In this document: one piece after another, positions 1 through 6,384 of the stretch | Layout: every line of letters starts with the position of its first letter | How positions within the stretch are numbered: position 1 is the first letter of the stretch | Source of the DNA: Gemmata obscuriglobus | Lineage (GTDB): Bacteria; Planctomycetota; Planctomycetia; Gemmatales; Gemmataceae | Direction: 5' to 3' | Length of the DNA: 32,000 nt | NCBI RefSeq assembly: GCF_008065095.1 | Contig: NZ_CP042911.1 | Span: forward strand, 8,520,001 to 8,552,000 | Notes under the pieces: model-generated | The model's input: only the letters and a program-made list of their open reading frames with translations | Told to the model about the DNA's origin: nothing | The model's database searches: none | Program-made: the position numbers and the translations under genes

Positions 1-1
1 C

Positions 2-904
2 GCCTACGCCGCTGACATCAAGAAGCTGAACGACGCCCACGCCGAGGCCGTGAAGGCGCTCAAGGACGGCAGCGCCGAGGAGCTGAAGAAGCTCACCGAC
101 AAGTACGCGGCCGACTCGAAGAAGCTGACCGACGACTACGCCGCGGCGGTGGCGAAACTCAAGGACGAGCACGCGACCGCCCTCCGCACCGAGCAGGACA
201 AGACGGAAGCCGAGAAGAAAAAAGCCGCAGCGCGCGAGATCGAGTTCCAAAAGCAGCTCGGGAGCGCCGTCACCCCGGGGCAGGTGATGGACCTCTGGAT
301 ACCGATCCTCGCCGACCTGCGCCGGGCGTCGGACGCCGGCCCGGCGCTCGCGGCGGCGCAGAAGACGATCGCGAGTTCGTCCCCGGATTCCGAGGACGCG
401 GCAAAAGGGCAAACAGTTGCCGGCCTGGCGTACCTGATCCGGGGCGAACTGGCGAGCGCGCGGGAGATGTTCCAGGCGGCTCGGCGCAGCCCCGCGCACA
501 AGGCGGCAGCGGGCAAGCCGTGGGCCGTCGCCGCCGACACCGGGCTGGACGCGGTCACGGACCCGGCGGCGGCGTTCCGCCGGCCCGTGGTGCTCCCGCC
601 GGTGGACCTTCGCGCCGCAGCCGGTTCGCTCAACACCGGCATCGCGGCGTACAAGGGCGGTCGGTATGACGCGGCCGTGAGCGCCCTGCTGGACGCCGTG
701 AAGCACAACCCGGCGGACCCGGTGGCGTGGTACTTCCTGGGCGCCGCGCGGTGGGCGCGGGGCGACGAAGAGCAGGCGAAAAAGGACTTCGCGCAAGGGG
801 CCGAGCGCGAGAAGGTGTCGACCGCCCCGAACAGCACGACGAGCGACGCGCTGTCGCCGCTCCAGGGGGCGGCCCGTGACGCCATCGACCGCGTTCGCCC
901 GTAA
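2..904 (+). CDS. Hypothetical protein, 5'-truncated by the window edge. Lys/Ala/Asp-rich coiled-coil-like repeats followed by a TPR-like C-terminus.
   Basis: The frame is open from nt 2; the 'M' at 50 in the ORF track is an internal GTG. The motif KKL(N/T)D..A recurs (AYAADIKKLNDAHAEAV / KKLTDKYAADS / KKLTDDYAAAV). The C-terminal segment YKGGRYDAAVSALLDAVKHNPADPVAWYFLGAARWARGDEEQAKKDF looks like a TPR. Third-position GC is high. Stop TAA at 902-904. Confidence 0.6.
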   Translation, partial: AYAADIKKLNDAHAEAVKALKDGSAEELKKLTDKYAADSKKLTDDYAAAVAKLKDEHATALRTEQDKTEAEKKKAAAREIEFQKQLGSAVTPGQVMDLWIPILADLRRASDAGPALAAAQKTIASSSPDSEDAAKGQTVAGLAYLIRGELASAREMFQAARRSPAHKAAAGKPWAVAADTGLDAVTDPAAAFRRPVVLPPVDLRAAAGSLNTGIAAYKGGRYDAAVSALLDAVKHNPADPVAWYFLGAARWARGDEEQAKKDFAQGAEREKVSTAPNSTTSDALSPLQGAARDAIDRVRP

Positions 905-920
905 GCGACGGAACGAGATG

Positions 921-970
921 GCGACGGGCACGGGCCGGCACCTCGCGAGGTGCCGGCCCGTGCCCGTCGC
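921..970. terminator. Perfect 50-nt palindrome between convergent genes; candidate bidirectional terminator.
   Basis: gcgacgggcacgggccggcacctcg / cgaggtgccggcccgtgcccgtcgc are exact reverse complements. It is followed by gcgTTTgc on the + strand. It lies between the stop at 904 (+) and the stop at 1046 (-). Confidence 0.5.
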
Positions 971-1045
971 GCGTTTGCTCAAAACGCAGTCGTGGCCGCC
1001 TGTCGCCGTGTTGTACCGATGGCGACCGGCCAACCGCCGGGTGCG

Positions 1046-2902
1046 TTACCGCCAGTCGAACAGCGTCAATGCGAGCGCCGCGTTCGGTTCGGCTCGGTCC
1101 GAAGCGAAGACCGTTTTTGCCCCCCGGCCGTCTGCCCTCACCACACCGACCCGCCAACCGACACTCAACAATTCTCCGAACTGACGGTGGGAGTACAGGA
1201 ACCCGACGCGCGCCCCGTCGGGCGACCAGCGCACTCCGAACGGGTCGTTGGCGACATCCGCGCTACCGGGTTCGGACGCGACAACCGTGTGCGTGTTCCG
1301 CGCGAGGTCGAGAACGGCCACCCGAACCCCCGGCATGTGAACCGTTTCCTTTCCATCTTTGACCGGGTGCGTGGTTCCGTACTGGTACGCGACCCGCTTC
1401 CCGTCCGGTGACAGCGCGGCGCACACCACCGACATCAATGGTTCGGCGGCCTCCTTGGACGGACACAGCACCTCACTCGTCTTGCCGTCCGCAGAGACTT
1501 TGCACAACACCCCGCGGGTGCTGTACTCAAGGTTAAAATTAATCGAATGTTCGTCTCGGATCGTCAGGAACCACGTGCCGTCGGGAGCCCAGTCCACAAC
1601 CCGGTGATACTTTGGCACGTTCAGGGCGGTTGTTCTCCCCGCGCCCAAGTCGATCCGCACGTGCTCGTAGCCCTGGGGGCCGATCAGAGGTTGTGTGAAC
1701 CGGAATCCGACCGCCTTCTTCCCGTCCGGCGACCATGCCGTGATGTACGGCACCCCGCCCGCCGCGAACAGCGCCTCGTCCCCCTTCGCTGCCTTCACCG
1801 GAGCGACCACCGGAGGCGCCCCCGGGCTGAGCAGGTACAGCCCCTTGCGGGTATTGAGTGGGAGCCGGCCGTCCGGCGCGGCCCGCCCGCACGGGCCCAA
1901 CGGTTGCGCCAGGATCGCACTTAGCCCGCTTGTCGAAGAGAGCTTGGTTGCAGCCGTATGCCTCAACTCAACCCCTGCCCCGGCGTCCGCCTCCGTCACC
2001 CGCGCCACCTCGGTGCCGTCCGCCTTCAGCAACCGCACGTGCCCGGCGAACCCCAGCACCAGCCGCGACTCGTCCGCCGGACGCGGGGCCGGCGCGACCG
2101 CCGGGGCCGGCCCGGGCCGATCCGCGCCCAGGCCCAGCGTCACCCCGACCAGCAGCACACACGCGGCCAGCTTCCATTTCAGCGCAGATCCTTGCGACAT
2201 GATCCCCTCCGTCAGTTCCGTGACGCTTGCGGATGGGTACTCGGAAACCGGCGGCAGCGAGACCGCGTCGGGCGCCACCGCACCGAGCCCCACGGCCAGA
2301 GCCGTGGGCTCCACGCCCCGGCGCCGGAGCCGCTCGGCGAGCAACCGGCGGGCAGCCGAGAGCCGGCTGTACACGGTCCCGACCGGCACACCGAGCTGAC
2401 GCGCCACCGCCGGCTGGGACTCGCCCCGCAGGTCGCACGCGACCACCAGGGCGCGGTACCGCTCGGGCAACTCGGCCACCGCCGCGGCCACCGCCGCGCG
2501 GGTGTCGAAGTCCGGCTCCTGCTCGGGCCGCGCGCGGTCGGGCGGGGAACCCGTCAGCGACTCCCGCGCGGCCCGCCGGGCCGACCGCCGTCGGGCCGCC
2601 CGCGCGGTGTTCACCGCCACCCCGAACAGCCACCCGCCCACCGTGTCCGGCGAGTCCAGTTCACTGGCCCGCCGGGCCAGCACTAGAAACGTGGCCTGGA
2701 ACGCGTCCTCGGCGTCGTGCCGGTGACCCGTCACCCGCCGGCACACCGCCAGTACCGTCGGCCCGTGCCGCCGCACCAACTGGGCGAACGCGTCCGGGTC
2801 CCCGGTGCCCGCGAACCGGGCGACCAGTTCGCCGTCGGTCGCGTCCGCCCGGGCCGCCCGCCGCGCCCGGTTGACCGCCCCGGTCAGTACGCTCTGCGAC
2901 AT
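1046..2902 (-). CDS. ECF (sigma-70 family) sigma factor fused to a transmembrane helix and a C-terminal TolB/WD40-like beta-propeller.
   Basis: ATG at 2902 (MSQSVLTG...) with GGAGG 7 nt upstream. Region 2/4-like sequence: DAEDAFQATFLVLARR ... ELPERYRALVVACDLRGESQPAVARQLGVPVGTVYSRLSAARRLL. TM segment LKWKLAACVLLVGVTLGLGA. The C-terminus has repeated 'WSPDG / LSPDGKRVAY / WAPDG' propeller-blade motifs. The 60 codons upstream in the ORF track are Arg/Pro/Gly-rich and were discarded. Confidence 0.85.
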   Translation of the reverse strand: MSQSVLTGAVNRARRAARADATDGELVARFAGTGDPDAFAQLVRRHGPTVLAVCRRVTGHRHDAEDAFQATFLVLARRASELDSPDTVGGWLFGVAVNTARAARRRSARRAARESLTGSPPDRARPEQEPDFDTRAAVAAAVAELPERYRALVVACDLRGESQPAVARQLGVPVGTVYSRLSAARRLLAERLRRRGVEPTALAVGLGAVAPDAVSLPPVSEYPSASVTELTEGIMSQGSALKWKLAACVLLVGVTLGLGADRPGPAPAVAPAPRPADESRLVLGFAGHVRLLKADGTEVARVTEADAGAGVELRHTAATKLSSTSGLSAILAQPLGPCGRAAPDGRLPLNTRKGLYLLSPGAPPVVAPVKAAKGDEALFAAGGVPYITAWSPDGKKAVGFRFTQPLIGPQGYEHVRIDLGAGRTTALNVPKYHRVVDWAPDGTWFLTIRDEHSINFNLEYSTRGVLCKVSADGKTSEVLCPSKEAAEPLMSVVCAALSPDGKRVAYQYGTTHPVKDGKETVHMPGVRVAVLDLARNTHTVVASEPGSADVANDPFGVRWSPDGARVGFLYSHRQFGELLSVGWRVGVVRADGRGAKTVFASDRAEPNAALALTLFDWR

Positions 2903-3107
2903 TCCGTTGCCTCCGCGGGCCGGTGTCGTGCCCGCCCACCCTGATACTGGCGCCGCACCGCCCGACCCTTCGCCGAAGTGGAGGAAAAATCTCCGAACGC
3001 GGAGCCGGGGCGGACCCTGAACCGAAAGGGTACCCGGCCGGGCCGGGCGCCCGCCAGTGGAGGTGTGCGGAGGGCGACACAAGGTCGGAGCGAAAGGCGG
3101 CGGGCGG

Positions 3108-3233
3108 CTAACGGTCCGCCCCGGCGCGCTTCAGCCGCTCTTCGAGCACCGGGACGAGTTCGTCGGGCGTGTGGCTCTTGGCAACGAGCTTACTGGTCGG
3201 GGCCAGGAGCCAGTACGCGGGCACCCAGGACAC
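3108..3233 (-). pseudogene. C-terminal remnant of a thioredoxin-fold (TlpA/redoxin-like) protein, read in frame with the truncated IS3 orfB.
   Basis: The tail ...VPAYWLLAPTSKLVAKSHTPDELVPVLEERLKRAGADR* resembles the last strand and helix of TlpA-like redoxins (iPt.fLid.dGkiv.....eeL...l..ll). No N-terminal part or CxxC motif is present. The junction position is uncertain by about 15 nt. Confidence 0.4.
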
Positions 3234-3859
3234 CCCCCTCGTCACCCGGGCCACGAAGTTCACGCTGCACGCGTGCCCGTTCGCCGCCAGCTCGGCGTGG
3301 ATGCGTGGGCCCCCGTACCGGGCCTTCACCTGGGCGTGAATGGCCTTCACCTCTTCGGTCAACTCCTCGCGTCGGACCTCGGCGGCACTGGGCTCCCGCG
3401 ACCGCCACGCGTAGAACCCGGACCGCGACACCCCCAGCACCCGGCACATCAACGCGATGGGCCACGCGGCCTTGCGTTCCTCGATCCCGGCGAAGGTCAG
3501 TTCATCTGGGTGACGAAGAACGCCGTGGCTTTGTTGAGGATGTCGCGCTCCATCTCCAGTCGCTTGACGTCGGCCCGGAGTTGTCGCAGCTCTTCTTCGA
3601 CCGGGGTCAGGTGCCCCGATCCCGGGAACGCCTCGGCACCCTTCTTGAGGACCCCCTTCTTCCCGTCGTGGAGCCGGTTCTCGGTGACCCCGAGGCGGCG
3701 TGCCACCTCGGCCACGGAGAGCTTCTGCTCGGTAATCATCGGACGGCTGAGAGCTTGAACTCCGCCGTGTACACCTTACGCTTGCCAGCCATCGGTGTGT
3801 CTCCTTCTGCTCAGAGTTTACACCGCTTTCCCACTGTCCACCATTCGTGGGGAACTTCA
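3234..3859 (-). mobile_element. IS3-family insertion sequence fragment. The left end, orfA and the first ~85 codons of orfB are present; the DDE catalytic domain and the right end are missing.
   Basis: IS3-type left terminal sequence TGAAGTTCCCCACGAATGGTGGACAG (reverse complement of 3834-3859). orfA product is MAGKRKVYTAEFKLSAVR/MITEQKLSVAEVARRLGV...LRQLRADVKRLEMERDILNKATAFF. The orfB start in the -1 frame is WPIALMCRVLGVSRSGFYAWRSR...ARYGGPRIHAELAANGH..., then the similarity stops. Confidence 0.75.
3497..3792 (-). pseudogene. IS3 orfA (HTH transposase subunit) with a frameshift after codon 18.
   Basis: ATG at 3792 gives MAGKRKVYTAEFKLSAVR and then TGA. The rest (MITEQKLSVAEV..., ORF 3497-3739) is in another frame. 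The sequence gccgtccgATGatt needs one extra base to give the canonical ...SAVRMITEQ... Confidence 0.7.
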
Positions 3860-4068
3860 CTCTGTTCGGCGATCGTCCCACCCATCTCGTTCACTTGAAC
3901 GATCCGCCGGCCCGGGGCGGCCAGCTTTGTTTGCCCCTGCCACTCGACCGTGACCGTGTCGGGGGCGGTGGGGACGAAGGTGGCGCCGGGAGTGCCGTCG
4001 GGCACCACGCGGTCTTCGAGGGCTCCCATCCGGAGGGTGGTCGGGAGAATCCGGCGAGGAGAGGGCAT
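3860..4068 (-). pseudogene. N-terminal stub of a secreted planctomycete-type protein, cut by the IS3 end.
   Basis: MPSPRRILPTTLRMGALEDRVVPDGTPGATFVPTAPDTVTVEWQGQTKLAAPGRRIVQVNEMGGTIAEQ carries the 'LEDRxVP' N-terminal motif common in planctomycete exported proteins. The reading frame runs straight into the IS3 terminal repeat at 3859. Confidence 0.45.
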
Positions 4069-4149
4069 GGACGAACCTCATGGAGCAGGAGGAAAAGAAA
4101 CCTGCCAACAGCGCGCGGACTCGCCCACACGCCTGGCACACGTCATGTG

Positions 4150-4370
4150 CCAGTGGATATGGCCTCAACAGTTTATAGTGTTTTTATGTATACTATTTTA
4201 CCGCGGCGTGCGCTGTCGGTTGCGGCGTCTGCGGCGTTGGCCCTGACGGTGATCGAATGGGCGACATGTAAAGGCTTGGCGGGTGCGGCTCAATCGCAAA
4301 ATATGCCGAATCGGCGATTAGACATAATTAATATTATATCTAATAATTGAATGATTGTGAGATTTTATCG
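4150..4370. other. AT-rich island in an otherwise high-GC context.
   Basis: Examples: gtttatagtgtttttatgtatactatttta and gattagacataattaatattatatctaataattgaatgattgtgagatttta. It contains the TAATATTA palindrome. The only ORF across it (ATG 4160 to TGA 4350) uses A/T-ending codons that are atypical for this genome. Confidence 0.5.
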
Positions 4371-4608
4371 CCTCCGCGCCTGGCAGGCGCCCGACCGAAC
4401 TCTATCCCGCCATTGGCCCGCGGGCGGCGACGCTCCATTCACCGTGGCACACCCACCGAATCTCGACAATTCAACAAACTTCCCTGGACCGCCGGCCGCG
4501 TTCATGGCATGAGCGCACGCATAGCACACGACAGATAGCCCGCGTCCGGGGAGTCCTTCGCGGGGGCGACCCTGCCCCCCCACCGTCGCGGGCACACGGG
4601 GGCGTGCG

Positions 4609-5271
4609 ATGAGATCGGCTCTGTCCCGGCTGGCCCCGCTGGTCAGTCTCGGGTTCGTGGTCGCGCCCGGGTGCCAGTCCGCGAAGCCGCCGGAACCGCG
4701 CGGCTCGCAGCCACAAGCGGACCTTCAACCCGTACAGCTCGACTACGTCGACTCGGACGCATTTGACCTGCTGTTCGAAACGAGCCTGCGCAACGGGCCG
4801 CCGGTAGTCGTGATCCAAACCGGATACGGTAAGCCCGAGTGGGGCGCGCGGTTGAACGCGTGGATCGCGGCCTGGAACCTGGGGCGCGGGGGCGCCGCCC
4901 GGGCGCGCGGGCAGATCCCGGGCACACCGACGGTGGTCGTGGACGGCGACAGCATCCGCGAGTTCCGGCTCCTGGTGGACGGGCTGATGGGCCGGGTCGA
5001 GGAGTCGGCCCGGACCGGCACCCGGTGGTGGGAGGAGAGGCACATGCGCGAGCGGCGCGTCGCCCTGTTGCGCCCCTACAACCTCCGGTTCCACCTCGAC
5101 CCCGGGGGGCGCATCCAACTCGTCCTCTTCCACGAGGCGCACGCGGCAAAGTACGAGGGCACCGTTCGCGCGCTGTTCGACCCGGCCGGCGGTGAAGCCC
5201 TGGAGTGGGCGCCCGGTTACAGTTGCTCCCGGAGCAAACAGCGGACGACGAGCGCAACAGGGGCGGAGTGA
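4609..5271 (+). CDS. Hypothetical lipoprotein.
   Basis: ATG at 4609. Signal peptide plus lipobox: MRSALSRLAPLVSLGFVVAPGC. The composition is balanced, unlike the Arg/Pro-rich antisense ORFs. A strong terminator hairpin lies 16 nt after the stop. I did not recognise a family. Confidence 0.7.
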   Translation: MRSALSRLAPLVSLGFVVAPGCQSAKPPEPRGSQPQADLQPVQLDYVDSDAFDLLFETSLRNGPPVVVIQTGYGKPEWGARLNAWIAAWNLGRGGAARARGQIPGTPTVVVDGDSIREFRLLVDGLMGRVEESARTGTRWWEERHMRERRVALLRPYNLRFHLDPGGRIQLVLFHEAHAAKYEGTVRALFDPAGGEALEWAPGYSCSRSKQRTTSATGAE

Positions 5272-5286
5272 GCAGCAACCAAAGCC

Positions 5287-5333
5287 GAAGCGCGGCACGG
5301 AGAGCCCCCTCTCCGTGCCGCGCTTCTGTTTTA
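5287..5333. terminator. Rho-independent-type bidirectional terminator between convergent genes.
   Basis: 18-bp perfect stem gaagcgcggcacggagag / ctctccgtgccgcgcttc with a cccc loop. TGTTTT follows on the + strand. GGCTTTGGTT follows on the - strand. Confidence 0.7.
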
Positions 5334-5347
5334 AGTTCGTAGGCGGT

Positions 5348-5809
5348 TCAGCACACGCAGCAGGCGATCGGGGTGCCGCCCATCATCAGGCAGCAGGTGC
5401 AGCCGGCCTTCATGCAGCCCATGACGCAGTCGCAGCACGCCTGGATCATGGCGCAGCACGCGGCGTCGCCGCTGGTGCAGGTGACGCAGCACCCGTTGGC
5501 GGTCATCTCGCACTTGCACATCGCCATCGTCATGTTGCAGCAGCACACGGTCATGCCGTTCATCGTGCAGCACAGCGAGCACATGCCCCCGGCCATCATC
5601 GCGCACAGGTTCTGCATCATCGTGCACGCCGCCGGGTCGTCGCACTCGCACGTCATCTTCATCCCGCCGGCGCACTTCTCCACCTTCATCATGCACCGCG
5701 GCACCATCACCATGTTCGCAGTCGTGGGCATCGCGTTCGTGCCCATCGGCATCGCCGCCGAGCCCATTCCGGTCATCGCAGCGCGGTCCATCATCATTGC
5801 GGTAGTCAT
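5348..5809 (-). CDS. 153-aa Cys/Met-rich protein: a metallothionein-like domain with a Met-only N-terminal tract. No family recognised.
   Basis: ATG at 5809 with GGAG at a 6-nt spacer (cagacGGAGctaaacATG); TGA at 5348-5350. By my count it has 29 Cys and 31 Met of 153 residues, with no His, Phe, Tyr or Trp. All Cys codons are TGC, and nearly every third codon position is G/C, which fits this genome's bias. The codon-register antisense has A/T-rich third positions. The ORF fits exactly between the terminator at 5287-5333 and an AT-rich upstream region. Confidence 0.7.
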   Translation of the reverse strand: MTTAMMMDRAAMTGMGSAAMPMGTNAMPTTANMVMVPRCMMKVEKCAGGMKMTCECDDPAACTMMQNLCAMMAGGMCSLCCTMNGMTVCCCNMTMAMCKCEMTANGCCVTCTSGDAACCAMIQACCDCVMGCMKAGCTCCLMMGGTPIACCVC

Positions 5810-6023
5810 GTTTAGCTCCGTCTGAGGGACAAAGTTACGGTCGGCTTCCCTCCGTCCCGACCGCTCGATTTCAAGCAAATTACACCACTTCAGCTTCGAA
5901 ACACGCAAAAGCGCATTACCGCAGTTGCTTTTCTCCGGCGCGAGGTTAGAATTCGAGTAGATACACTACTAAGTTAACTATTCTAGTGATCAATCGCTGA
6001 CGAATTCCGACTGAGGACCACTC
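5810..6023. promoter_or_regulatory. Divergent, relatively AT-rich intergenic region upstream of the Cys/Met-rich gene and a small + strand ORF.
   Basis: The stretch 5945-6010 (ttagaattcgagtagatacactactaagttaactattctagtgatcaatcgctgacgaattccgactgag) contains two GAATTC(C)GA repeats 53 bp apart, a central GTTAAC, and a CACTA-N15-TAGTG dyad. No known operator was recognised. Confidence 0.3.
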
Positions 6024-6245
6024 ATGTCCGCGCACCGCTTCCTCGAACACCTCCCGAATGCCGCACCCGTGTCGCCCGTTATGTTGGCGGCCCCTTCGTG
6101 TGCGTTCGTGCCGTGTCCGGTGTTCGCGGCGATGCCGGTGGGTCAGCAGACTCACGTTCAAGCGATTTATCAACTCGCCGCGGAACGCACCCGCGAGCAA
6201 CTCCGCCGCCGTCGCCCCTGGCCGCCTCTGTTCTCTGCAAACTGA
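6024..6245 (+). CDS. Small hypothetical protein (73 aa).
   Basis: ATG at 6024 preceded by GAGGA at a 6-nt spacer. GC3 is moderately high. A hairpin follows at 6263-6305. No recognisable domain, so it could be spurious. Confidence 0.3.
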   Translation: MSAHRFLEHLPNAAPVSPVMLAAPSCAFVPCPVFAAMPVGQQTHVQAIYQLAAERTREQLRRRRPWPPLFSAN

Positions 6246-6262
6246 TTGCCGGCGACACACGC

Positions 6263-6305
6263 CACCCGACCGATCCGGCGAATCATTTGCTGGATCGGTC
6301 GGGTG
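6263..6305 (+). terminator. 14-bp perfect hairpin downstream of the small ORF; candidate terminator.
   Basis: cacccgaccgatcc / ggatcggtcgggtg with a 15-nt loop, followed by ATTTCGTT. Confidence 0.4.
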
Positions 6306-6384
6306 ATTTCGTTGAACGCAAATTACCCGCGCCGGTGCCCCGGCGCCTATCAGCAAACCGGGGTTGCGCCCCACTCTGTCAGCA

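Noticed and set aside
5192-5825. His/Ala-rich 207-aa ORF (5192-5815, +) and a 150-aa ORF (5373-5825, +), plus a second minus-frame ORF (5331-5696), all overlapping the Cys/Met-rich gene. Four of six frames are open here, and the His-rich mirror also looks like a metal-binding protein.
   Set aside because: - The His/Ala richness is the codon-register antisense of ATG (CAT) and TGC (GCA).
- Third positions in that frame are A/T-rich, against this genome's strong GC3 bias.
- The 207-aa ORF starts inside the preceding gene and reads through the 18-bp terminator hairpin.
- Only the minus frame has a proper RBS and ATG and fits between the terminator and the promoter region.
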